DNA of 44,378 bases from a virus. Taxonomy: Duplodnaviria > Caudoviricetes. Of this stretch, positions 28,861-36,612 are shown piece after piece; the first letter of the stretch is position 1; the number at the start of each line of letters is the position of its first letter. The notes under the pieces are model-generated. The model did no database searches and had not been told where the DNA came from. It was given only the letters and a program-made list of their open reading frames with translations. The translations under genes and the position numbers were made by a program. The stretch spans positions 1 through 44,378 of the IMG/VR virus record IMGVR_UViG_3300031841_001583. One strand, given 5' to 3'.

Positions 28861-28997
28861 CACATACCCCTTGGCATGGTGAGTAGCAGTCGGGACAGAT
28901 GGGCTGCCCCGGCCACAGTTGTGCTGCACGTCGCAGCTTGTCGTTGTGTTCCGCTATCAGCTCCCGCTCGATGCGGTACGTCGGTACCAGTGGTCGC

Positions 28998-31418
28998 TTA
29001 GGCGAAGAAGAAGTCGGCATCACGCACCTCCTCAAGGTCAAGGTCGCCTGCGTCTGGCGGTGTGGGTAGGTCAGGCCACTTGTCACCCGGCAGTGCCAGC
29101 AGTGTCGACTGGTACGTACGGGTGAGGATGTCCTCCGAGTACAGCTTGATGAACTCATCACGTATCACGTAGTGCAGCTCATCCACGTCACAGGCATGGA
29201 CTCCGAACGAGTCATGGATCATGGCCGTGTTAGGTGTGATGCCCTCGTCGTACAACCTGTTCACCACCATCATCAGATGGGTAGCATCCAGTGAGTGTAC
29301 GAAGTTGGGAGCCACACTCGACGCTTGCTTGCGTCCGTCGATGGTCCTGCTCTCCACCCTCAGCGTCAGCCTGATGCGCTGGCCTTGGAACCAGACCTTG
29401 AACAGCTGACCCTTCGCCTTGCGGTACGGCTGTACCACAGGGAACCCGAGTGGTGTGACCCACGAGGTCGGTATCTCCTCGGCGGTGAGTGCCTTGGCCA
29501 CCAGCTTGAGCCAGTCCATTGCCTCAGCCGCACGCTTGACGACCTGCCTGATGGCAGCCTCGACGATGGGTGCGAGGAACAAGGCAGCTGCCCAGTTCTC
29601 ATGCCCCGGCAGGTACTGACCGTCAGTCTGCTTGCGCATCTCACTGGCGATCTGATCCCTGATCCCGACACTCGTCACCGAGTATGCGAAGGTCATGCAC
29701 GGACGCTTGACGATCTTGCGATCCACCTTGTCCATCCACACCTTAGCAAGCGGGTCAGAATTTTCTGCCAGCATATCCTGCACCACACCCAGCACCTCGG
29801 TGTAGATGTCCGAGGGTTGGTCGAGCTTGGTCAGGTTGACAGCACGTCCACCCTCACTGTCACGCAGCATGGCGCTGAAGTGCTGGATGCCAGAGCATGA
29901 CCCGTCCATTGCGATGGGCAGGTGAGACACGTAGTCATCACCCTCGATCTGGAAGCCAGCCCACTCGAAGCATGCGGCCAGCGCACACCACGGGTCGTCA
30001 GCCTTGGCCCAGAACCTGTCGCCATCGAGCGGGTTGAGTGCGCTGTCGAGTAGCTTGTCCGACTGCGTGATCGTCCACTCCACCCGGTCATCGAACGATA
30101 CCTTGTCGACACCGAACAGGTTGGCGATCTGCACTGCCAGCCAGTACCCACCAGTCTCACCGAGTGCCTTGCCGTTGCCGAATTCAATCAGGCTCTTGGC
30201 AATGTCATCACCCTGCGGTGACAGCTCGGTCGTCATGGAGTACACCCGACCACGGAAGTCCAGCGAGTGCGGGAACCAGATAGCTTCCTCATCTCGCACG
30301 TCCTGTGCCATGTTCAGCTTGGTGATGAGTGCCAGTCGCTTGCTCTTAAGCTGACCGTTGAACTCATGCACCTGCCGTGCCGCCTGCTTCCACTCGTTGA
30401 ACGTGGCACGCATGTCCTCCGGCATGTCATCGGGACTGCACTTGCGGTCGATAGACTCAGGCCGCTCGGGCAGTGCCAAGTCGTCAGCCTGTGGCAGGCC
30501 ACCGAGAGTACCACCCTCGTCGTACACTGACTGCATGACATCAAGCACACCAGTATTGATGCGCCACGGTGTCGACTGCACCCTGTTCACGGCACGGTAC
30601 ACCTCGGGCATGTCACAGCTGAACACCTCGTCACGTGTGGCCTGCCCTACGCCACGCACCAAGTCAGTCTTCATGCGTGGTGTCAGGTATCCTCCCGAGA
30701 TGGGAGAAGTCCAAGGCTTAGGCGGCGCGATCATCGGCTTGTTCACTGGACGCTCACCTTCAAGGCTTGCGTGTCGTGAGGCCAGACGCTCGGCTGCCAG
30801 CTCAGTCATCTCGATCAACTTGAAGGTCATCTTGCCCTCTTGTGTCTCGACCAGCTGCGCCAGCCCCGTTGTCTCGATGTACAACTCGACCAGCTTGACA
30901 CCCAGCTTCAATTTTTCACCCTCACTCCAGCCCATCGTGGCCACACCTGCTACCTGTGCTGCCTTGCGCATGATGCGACGACGTGCCCCGCTACTGCTCC
31001 ACTTCTGTGCCTTGCGGGACATGCTGTTGGCCAGTGCAGGTTCAGCCTGCTCCAGTTCCTCGAACCTGTAGTCCTCCTCGATCAGGTTCGCAATCTGCAT
31101 TGCGGTACGGGTCAGCTTGCCCCGGTTCACGGATGCCGACACCACCACCTTGCTTGCGATGTATGCGATGGCATCTGCCTTCATGCCTACCATGTACTGA
31201 TAGGCCAGTGGTACCTGCGATGGCAGGTTGCCGTTGCCTCCCTCCTCAAGGCGGGCAATGTTCCCTTCGATAGCAGGGATCAACGCCTTCATCCCTACAT
31301 ACACAAGACCCAGTCCAGCAGTAGTCTCTCCGGCACCCTGCTTGCTAACCTCACGGTGATACCTTCTAACACCTTCATCTAACTGGGTTAATTCTCTCAT
31401 CTCTTGACGTTCAGTCAT
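28998..31418 (-). CDS. Single-subunit T7-type DNA-directed RNA polymerase
   Basis: DFRGRVY, motif A DGSCSGIQH, motif B RKIVKRPCMTFAY, APNFVHSLDA and motif C IHDSF; 806 aa. Confidence 0.98.
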   Translation of the reverse strand: MTERQEMRELTQLDEGVRRYHREVSKQGAGETTAGLGLVYVGMKALIPAIEGNIARLEEGGNGNLPSQVPLAYQYMVGMKADAIAYIASKVVVSASVNRGKLTRTAMQIANLIEEDYRFEELEQAEPALANSMSRKAQKWSSSGARRRIMRKAAQVAGVATMGWSEGEKLKLGVKLVELYIETTGLAQLVETQEGKMTFKLIEMTELAAERLASRHASLEGERPVNKPMIAPPKPWTSPISGGYLTPRMKTDLVRGVGQATRDEVFSCDMPEVYRAVNRVQSTPWRINTGVLDVMQSVYDEGGTLGGLPQADDLALPERPESIDRKCSPDDMPEDMRATFNEWKQAARQVHEFNGQLKSKRLALITKLNMAQDVRDEEAIWFPHSLDFRGRVYSMTTELSPQGDDIAKSLIEFGNGKALGETGGYWLAVQIANLFGVDKVSFDDRVEWTITQSDKLLDSALNPLDGDRFWAKADDPWCALAACFEWAGFQIEGDDYVSHLPIAMDGSCSGIQHFSAMLRDSEGGRAVNLTKLDQPSDIYTEVLGVVQDMLAENSDPLAKVWMDKVDRKIVKRPCMTFAYSVTSVGIRDQIASEMRKQTDGQYLPGHENWAAALFLAPIVEAAIRQVVKRAAEAMDWLKLVAKALTAEEIPTSWVTPLGFPVVQPYRKAKGQLFKVWFQGQRIRLTLRVESRTIDGRKQASSVAPNFVHSLDATHLMMVVNRLYDEGITPNTAMIHDSFGVHACDVDELHYVIRDEFIKLYSEDILTRTYQSTLLALPGDKWPDLPTPPDAGDLDLEEVRDADFFFA

Positions 31419-31422
31419 CTAT

Positions 31423-31485
31423 CAGTTCCTTATCGTTGAACTATTAGTTACTTAAAGTGTACTTACAGTTACCCTTTACTGGTAT
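31423..31485. other. AT-rich tract downstream of a promoter-like motif (candidate origin)
   Basis: TTAGTTACTTAAAGTGT, nearly identical to the tract at ~38284-38300. Confidence 0.4.
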
Positions 31486-31492
31486 CTGGCCT

Positions 31493-31510
31493 TCTGGGGT
31501 TGGCCCCCCC
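31493..31510 (-). promoter_or_regulatory. Putative phage RNAP promoter upstream of the RNAP gene
   Basis: GGGGGGGCCAACCCCAGA, intergenic. Confidence 0.7.
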
Positions 31511-31511
31511 T

Positions 31512-31718
31512 CTATTTCTGCTGTTCCCATGTACAGTTCTCGTCCTTGTAGAACCTGAACAGGGTGCGCTCCTGCCACCCCCCGTCCCCTCGTTGCACCT
31601 CATAGGTGGCCGTGAACTGCGTGTCCAGCAGGTCCGTCACCGTGCAGATATGCACCAGCTCGGGACCGTAGTCGGACGGGAGACACCGGACTGTGTCCCC
31701 CACCTTGGGCTTCCTCAT
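31512..31718 (-). CDS. Early hypothetical protein
   Basis: 68 aa, coupled ATGA start. Confidence 0.6.
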   Translation of the reverse strand: MRKPKVGDTVRCLPSDYGPELVHICTVTDLLDTQFTATYEVQRGDGGWQERTLFRFYKDENCTWEQQK

Positions 31719-31915
31719 CCCATGACCACGTCTACGGCTGCCTGATTGGCCCGCTGTAGCTCGTTGTACTTGTCGGCTGCCTCAGCCATGCGCCTGAACT
31801 CCTCGTGCAGGTCACGCCTGCTCCCTGCTTCGAGGTCGTTGTTCTCGATGCACAGCAGCATCATTGGCACGATTGCCGACCAGCTCGGGACTACCTTCAC
31901 GCTCTCGTTACTCAT
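31715..31915 (-). CDS. Early hypothetical protein
   Basis: MSNESVKVVPSW...; GGAG/GGA SD. Confidence 0.6.
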   Translation of the reverse strand: MSNESVKVVPSWSAIVPMMLLCIENNDLEAGSRRDLHEEFRRMAEAADKYNELQRANQAAVDVVMG

Positions 31916-32090
31916 TGTCCATCTCCTCGTACTTGAATGTGTCGATGAGGTTGCCAAGCACCTCGATTGCATGGATCAGCGGGTACCCTTCGATCAGCTG
32001 CCCCACATCAGCACGTGCTGGTGTCTGGACTGCCTTGAGGTTGACCTCGATGATCTCTCTCGCCCTGCGCAGTGCGTCGGTGTTGTTCAT
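31908..32090 (-). CDS. Early hypothetical protein
   Basis: 60 aa, overlaps neighbours. Confidence 0.6.
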   Translation of the reverse strand: MNNTDALRRAREIIEVNLKAVQTPARADVGQLIEGYPLIHAIEVLGNLIDTFKYEEMDNE

Positions 32091-32314
32091 GTCCAGCTCC
32101 CAATGTCTCTCAGTGTTGCGTTCATGTCAGCCGCACGGTCATGGTCGTCCGACCTGCGGTCCTCGTTCCAGCCGAGCCATGCCTGCTCGTTGGCTTCCTC
32201 GATCTCATACTCAAGGTCCTCGATCTCGCTATGGATTGCGTCGAGTGCCAGCTCGTGATCCGTTTGCAGGTCACGCAGCTCGTCCAGTCGTGCTTGCTTG
32301 TCTTCGATACTCAT
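32087..32314 (-). CDS. Early acidic coiled-coil protein
   Basis: 75 aa, AGGAG SD. Confidence 0.65.
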   Translation of the reverse strand: MSIEDKQARLDELRDLQTDHELALDAIHSEIEDLEYEIEEANEQAWLGWNEDRRSDDHDRAADMNATLRDIGSWT

Positions 32315-32323
32315 GTCTGTCTC

Positions 32324-32773
32324 CTAACAGTCGGGGTCAAAGTCATGCCATTCCTGAGCCTCGTCAGGCTGGCCGTCGTCGTCGTTCCACTCGTGCCACA
32401 TCTCGCATCCATCTGCGTCAGCACATGCGAGTGCCGTGTTCCACTCACGCCCGGTGAACGGGTAGTTCAACCGATAGTCCTGACACTCAGCGTCAGCACC
32501 CTCAGCGTACCCGGCCACGACCACACCATCCTCGTCGCTGTCGAAACAGCACCCGCAATCGGTGTACCTGTACACGACACGCTCGATGCGTCGGGCCAGT
32601 CCACCATCCTCGAAGTTCTCGAAGCTCACTGGATCAACGCCAAGATATGCTGCTAACTCCCTGATATTGTTGATAACATCAAGCACCCCGAAGATTGTGG
32701 GAATCCCACACTCCTCGCACTCCCCACCTGAATCAGGCAGGGAGATTTCTCCACAGTTGGGACACTCCATCAT
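32324..32773 (-). CDS. Early acidic protein with N-terminal Zn ribbon
   Basis: CPNC...CEEC; C-terminal DDGQPDEAQEWHDFDPDC. Confidence 0.7.
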   Translation of the reverse strand: MMECPNCGEISLPDSGGECEECGIPTIFGVLDVINNIRELAAYLGVDPVSFENFEDGGLARRIERVVYRYTDCGCCFDSDEDGVVVAGYAEGADAECQDYRLNYPFTGREWNTALACADADGCEMWHEWNDDDGQPDEAQEWHDFDPDC

Positions 32774-32774
32774 G

Positions 32775-33158
32775 TCACACCTTCCCCGCAGTCGTGATGA
32801 CCCGCATGATTTCGTCCTCGGTCACTGCACCCTGCACCTCGCGCAGCTTGGCCAGCAGTGCGTGGATCACGAGCCTCTGGTTCTCGTGTGCTTCCTTCAG
32901 CTTGGCCAGCTCGTCCGGGTCCTTAGCCTCGGCCTGCTCGCACATCTCCTGCACCTCACTGATCTCACCCAGCTCGCGGTAGTCCTCAAGCTCACGGAAG
33001 TCATCGTCGAGGTAGTTCACCTCACGTTCGAGGTCCCCGAACATGCTGCCGATCTCGTTGATCTTGTCGTTCACATCCTCAAGCGTGGTGCTGCCGAGGT
33101 CGTTGATTGCGTACTCAAGGTCGCCCATCTTGTTGGTCACGTCGTCGTAGTTGCTCAT
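32775..33158 (-). CDS. Early acidic coiled-coil protein
   Basis: 127 aa, very D/E-rich, GAGGAG SD. Confidence 0.7.
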   Translation of the reverse strand: MSNYDDVTNKMGDLEYAINDLGSTTLEDVNDKINEIGSMFGDLEREVNYLDDDFRELEDYRELGEISEVQEMCEQAEAKDPDELAKLKEAHENQRLVIHALLAKLREVQGAVTEDEIMRVITTAGKV

Positions 33159-33349
33159 GCTTTTTCTCCTCGTGCGATTGCGTTACGTTCTTCGAGTACC
33201 CGTACCCACTTGCTCTTGGGTTGCTCGGGTATATGGTTGGTGATCTCAGGTTGCAGGACACCCATCGGCAGCCAGCCTTTGTTCTCGCCGTAGTACCCAG
33301 CGACCTGCCCCGTTGCGCGGTTGATGTGTGTTGTCTTTGTGATCCTCAT
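33155..33349 (-). CDS. Early hypothetical protein
   Basis: 64 aa, AGGAG SD, ATGA coupling. Confidence 0.6.
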   Translation of the reverse strand: MRITKTTHINRATGQVAGYYGENKGWLPMGVLQPEITNHIPEQPKSKWVRVLEERNAIARGEKA

Positions 33350-33690
33350 GCTACTACTCCTACGATTGAATCGCCAAGGTCCTCGATGCTCAGTACCCGC
33401 ACGTCAGGTGCGTGTTCCCAATCATTCTGGTACCAGTGAATCAGTTTGTACAGCCGACCGAGTGCCGCGTCGTCTGCGATGACGGTCAGCGTGACCCGTC
33501 CCGTGATGTTACCCTTCGAGTCACCGAAGCGTGCTTCACTGTCACGCTTGAGGTCCCCGAGTCCCTGCTTGGTGACGGCACGCATCAGGCGTATGACTGT
33601 CACCTTGATGGACTTCGGCTCGCACTCCAGCTCACCGTAGTGACCCAGCTCGTAGTCCTCTTGTGTTACCTGTACTTTCACGATGTTCAT
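33346..33690 (-). CDS. Early hypothetical protein
   Basis: 114 aa, GGAG SD. Confidence 0.65.
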   Translation of the reverse strand: MNIVKVQVTQEDYELGHYGELECEPKSIKVTVIRLMRAVTKQGLGDLKRDSEARFGDSKGNITGRVTLTVIADDAALGRLYKLIHWYQNDWEHAPDVRVLSIEDLGDSIVGVVA

Positions 33691-34310
33691 GCTTGCTCTC
33701 CCGGTATGTCCAACAGATAGATGTAGTGCCTGCGTGATACGTCCTCGCCACCCTCAAAGGTACCGACTCGGTCATTCACATGCTCGCACCAGTCGTCCCA
33801 CAATTTCTCACTCCCGCCACATGCCTCGATCAGTGCGAGGTAGACCGCGATCTTGTCGTCGATCTCACGCATCTGCTTGGCCGTGTCCTTGTACGTCCGC
33901 ACACTCCAGACGCCCACGTCCAGCCCGAACCGCTCGACGTTGTGCATGTCGAGGCAGCCTGACTTGCCCGTCAGTAGCTGCACGAGGAAGCCTGCTTTCG
34001 GCAGCCCCAGTCCCGGCACCTTCAGGAACTCACGCATCAGGTCAGCAGTGCTGAGTCGTCCTGCCCGTGCGTCCCGTGTCGCAGCATACAGTGCCTTGCG
34101 ATTGTCTCGCAGGTACACGTAGCCCGCCTGCTTGAAACCCCACAGGCACTTCGACTTGCTCCCGTGTACCTGCACGTCGGCCATCTGATTGCCCACTCCG
34201 ACCCACTGCATGCGGATCGAGAGCAGCACCATCGTGCCCACTCGCAGGAACTTGTCGGGGTTCTTACACCACGCTTGTATGCGTGCCTGATCGGTGCTAA
34301 ACATCAGCAT
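33687..34310 (-). CDS. Helix-hairpin-helix protein, DNA glycosylase/lyase-like
   Basis: FLKVPGLGLPKAGF...CLDMH matches the HhH plus downstream Asp pattern. Start is 34310 or 34304. Confidence 0.6.
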   Translation of the reverse strand: MLMFSTDQARIQAWCKNPDKFLRVGTMVLLSIRMQWVGVGNQMADVQVHGSKSKCLWGFKQAGYVYLRDNRKALYAATRDARAGRLSTADLMREFLKVPGLGLPKAGFLVQLLTGKSGCLDMHNVERFGLDVGVWSVRTYKDTAKQMREIDDKIAVYLALIEACGGSEKLWDDWCEHVNDRVGTFEGGEDVSRRHYIYLLDIPGEQA

Positions 34311-34539
34311 CTCCCGTCCATTTCCATTCACGTGACTCACCGTCACGCACCCAGTAGCTGTCGACCTTGTCGCCTATGCTCAGGACGCAGTAGTTCATGC
34401 TGTCCCATGCGTAGTGCGCGACCACCTTGTGCAGGTACGTCACCTCGCCAGCCTTGATCGTGTGCTTGGCCGTGCGGGTCGTCGACTCGCTGTCACTCCA
34501 CGTGTCCGCGAAGTACTCCATCGTCAGGCGTATGCCCAT
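34297..34539 (-). CDS. Early hypothetical protein (80 aa) downstream of hammerhead E
   Basis: ATG at 34539; its GAGGAG SD overlaps the ribozyme core. Confidence 0.65.
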   Translation of the reverse strand: MGIRLTMEYFADTWSDSESTTRTAKHTIKAGEVTYLHKVVAHYAWDSMNYCVLSIGDKVDSYWVRDGESREWKWTGDADV

Positions 34540-34547
34540 CGCAATCT

Positions 34548-34611
34548 CCTCATCAGCGTGCCTCGTATCGTCAGGCACGTACGCCCTGTGGAAGCGGCGT
34601 TTCGGTAACGT
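34548..34611 (-). ncRNA. Hammerhead ribozyme E (type II)
   Basis: ACGTTA-CC-GAAA-CGCC..GGCG-TA^-CGTGCCT-GACGATACG-AGGCACG-CTGATGA-GG; GUA cleavage after 34580. Confidence 0.85.
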
Positions 34612-34614
34612 CCT

Positions 34615-34632
34615 TCTGGGGTTGGCCCCCCC
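34615..34632 (-). promoter_or_regulatory. Putative phage RNAP promoter within the early region
   Basis: GGGGGGGCCAACCCCAGA immediately upstream of hammerhead E. Confidence 0.7.
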
Positions 34633-34635
34633 TCC

Positions 34636-35067
34636 CTATCCGGTGATGTCCTCACTCACGAACGGTCCCCCGCAGCAGTCGCACGGGCACTCACGTGCTA
34701 CCTTGCTCGCGATGAAGTCGACCGTGTCGTCGAGCGTGTAGCCCAGCAGCATGCCCAGCTCGTATTGCAGGCGCGAGCGGCTGATCCTGCCCTCTTTGCA
34801 GTCGAACACGAGGTCCGTGCCCAGTCGCGCCGGGTTAGTCTCACCCGGTACGATGTTGCGCCGTCCGATGAAGGCATGCTCGTGAAGCAGACCGTCCTCG
34901 CACCGTAGCATGGCCAGCTCAACCCACAGGTTGCTACGCTCGGCCATCATCACGATTGTCTCGTATGCGAGCGTCGACTTGCCCTCGGACACGATCATCA
35001 GCGGTTTCTCACCGTCATACACGTCCACGTATGCGCACATGCAGTCGTCGTAGTATGTCCTATCCAT
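34636..35067 (-). CDS. Early hypothetical protein (143 aa), Cys-rich C-terminus
   Basis: MDRTYYDDCMC...LGMLLGY...CPCDCC; GGGAG SD. Confidence 0.65.
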   Translation of the reverse strand: MDRTYYDDCMCAYVDVYDGEKPLMIVSEGKSTLAYETIVMMAERSNLWVELAMLRCEDGLLHEHAFIGRRNIVPGETNPARLGTDLVFDCKEGRISRSRLQYELGMLLGYTLDDTVDFIASKVARECPCDCCGGPFVSEDITG

Positions 35068-35323
35068 TTTCCACTCCCATTGCCGTGTTGACGGCATCCA
35101 GTGCGCCCTCGACCCACTCACTCAGGTACGATACAGGCGTGTTGCGTTTCAGGTTCATCAGGCGGCGCAGGTGCGTCGACACCTTGCGTCCACGTGACAT
35201 CGTCATGCCCTTGGCTTCGAGCCGAAGCGCATGCTTCCATTGTAGCAGCTGCCACGCGGATACCGTGATCGTGTCACCACGGTCGTTGTACTCCAGCTGC
35301 ACGGGCACGACTGCGGCCCTCAC
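35060..35323 (-). CDS. Early hypothetical protein (87 aa)
   Basis: GTGA coupling; ALRLEAKGMTMSRG. Confidence 0.65.
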   Translation of the reverse strand: MRAAVVPVQLEYNDRGDTITVSAWQLLQWKHALRLEAKGMTMSRGRKVSTHLRRLMNLKRNTPVSYLSEWVEGALDAVNTAMGVENG

Positions 35324-35445
35324 TTGCGGCCTGCCTTCCAGATGAACCGGAGCAGTGCTACGTACGCGGGAAGCAGGAACACGAGGCAGAACCAGACTGC
35401 CGCGATTGTCTGCGTGTTTGCGATGTTCGCGAGATTGTTTTCCAT
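35320..35445 (-). CDS. Small membrane peptide (41 aa) downstream of hammerhead D
   Basis: MENNLANIANTQTIAAVWFCLVFLLPAYVALLRFIWKAGRK; GAGG SD supplied by the ribozyme core. Confidence 0.6.
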   Translation of the reverse strand: MENNLANIANTQTIAAVWFCLVFLLPAYVALLRFIWKAGRK

Positions 35446-35452
35446 GTCATTT

Positions 35453-35512
35453 CCTCATCAGCGCATGCCGTATCGTCGCATGCGGACCTGCCGGAGCAGG
35501 TTTCGGTCACGT
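35453..35512 (-). ncRNA. Hammerhead ribozyme D (type II)
   Basis: ACGTGA-CC-GAAA-CCTGC-TCCG-GCAGG-TC^-CGCATGC-GACGATACG-GCATGCG-CTGATGA-GG; GUC cleavage after 35485. Confidence 0.88.
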
Positions 35513-35863
35513 GTACCGGGTGTCGATGTCGCTGTCGTGCGGGTAGTCGATCTGCCGTGGATCGTTAGGCGCGGGAGGCAGGATCGTCCAGACCCAGCGA
35601 CGTTCTGGCGTGCCGTCGTCATTCACGCCCATGTGCCATTCGCCCGAGCAGAAGCATACCCACGTATCCGGGTAGCGATAGCTGTACGAATCCTCACCGA
35701 TGCCCACGCCTGCGTCGTGATGAACCGTCACTTCCGAGTCGGTCCCGAACCCGCGTGGCTCGAAGTCGACGGGCAGGTACTCCGAGGTCCAGTCGATGCA
35801 CCTGCGAGTGTCGATCTGCTCGCCCCTGCGACCCGTCGCGGGATCGAACTTGAACACCTTCAC
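35507..35863 (-). CDS. Early hypothetical protein (118 aa)
   Basis: GAGG SD; its TGA stop lies in the 5' tail of hammerhead D. Confidence 0.65.
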   Translation of the reverse strand: MKVFKFDPATGRRGEQIDTRRCIDWTSEYLPVDFEPRGFGTDSEVTVHHDAGVGIGEDSYSYRYPDTWVCFCSGEWHMGVNDDGTPERRWVWTILPPAPNDPRQIDYPHDSDIDTRYT

Positions 35864-36084
35864 GCCAGCACCTCACGGGCGACGGTGTCCAGCCAGCTTG
35901 CGCGGAAGTCGATCAGCGCCCCGCACGTGCCCGGATTGTCCATGCTCGTGTACCGCGATTTGATCCGGTCACTGCCCTCGTACACGTGAGCCGTCAGGTG
36001 CGCCGTGCGCGTCCTGCGATTCGTGTTGGTCACGCACTCGATGCGGAACCCGTGCGGCAGCTTCACCGTATGCACGCGCCTCAC
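35860..36084 (-). CDS. Early hypothetical protein (74 aa)
   Basis: GTG start overlapping the upstream stop; GAGG SD. Confidence 0.6.
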   Translation of the reverse strand: MRRVHTVKLPHGFRIECVTNTNRRTRTAHLTAHVYEGSDRIKSRYTSMDNPGTCGALIDFRASWLDTVAREVLA

Positions 36085-36242
36085 GCCAGCACCTCGTACG
36101 CCTGTACCGAGCGGGTTGCGATGTCCAACCATTCGAGGTCGCCGTGCGGGAAGTCGATCACCTGCGCGGTGGGCGATTCGAGCGTGATCGTTTCGGTGAT
36201 TTCACTCACCTGCGTGGGTGTTACCGTTTTGCGATTTTCCAT
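36081..36242 (-). CDS. Early hypothetical protein (53 aa) downstream of hammerhead C
   Basis: Manual translation MENRKTVTPTQVSEI...YEVLA; GAGGAG SD overlaps the ribozyme core. Confidence 0.6.
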   Translation of the reverse strand: MENRKTVTPTQVSEITETITLESPTAQVIDFPHGDLEWLDIATRSVQAYEVLA

Positions 36243-36250
36243 GATTTTCT

Positions 36251-36314
36251 CCTCATCAGCGCGTGCCGTAAAGTCGCACGCGGACGGCCCGTGGAGGCAC
36301 CGTTTCGGTCACTT
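36251..36314 (-). ncRNA. Hammerhead ribozyme C (type II)
   Basis: AAGTGA-CC-GAAA-CGGTGCC-TCCAC-GGGCCG-TC^-CGCGTGC-GACTTTACG-GCACGCG-CTGATGA-GG; GUC cleavage after 36283. Confidence 0.88.
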
Positions 36315-36461
36315 GGCGGCCAGTCGCGCATTCCGCTTGGCCACGATGTCGCACGTGAGGTCGTGCAGGTATGAACCCTTCGCGGGTATCCGTGACGGCG
36401 TGCGAGCCGCCTTGCGTGCCAGTCGCGACGTGGCCGCATTGGCCCAATTCAGGCGACTCAC
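36309..36461 (-). CDS. Early basic hypothetical protein (50 aa)
   Basis: GTG start overlapping the upstream TGA; MSRLNWANAATSRLARK...; stop lies in the tail of hammerhead C. Confidence 0.5.
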   Translation of the reverse strand: MSRLNWANAATSRLARKAARTPSRIPAKGSYLHDLTCDIVAKRNARLAAK

Positions 36462-36604
36462 GAGCGTGCCAGCTTGGCGCGACGGTCATTCTCGGCACGC
36501 AGCGCGACCCAGTCGACATTCGAGCGTGCGCGGGTATCTGCCAGTGTTTCGGCGGCGTAGCGTGCGCGGGTTTGCACGCGGTGACTGCTATTCGATTTTG
36601 CCAT
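36458..36604 (-). CDS. Early basic hypothetical protein (48 aa) downstream of hammerhead B
   Basis: MAKSNSSHRVQTRARY...; GAGG/AGGA SD. Confidence 0.55.
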   Translation of the reverse strand: MAKSNSSHRVQTRARYAAETLADTRARSNVDWVALRAENDRRAKLARS

Positions 36605-36612
36605 TTTCCTAT

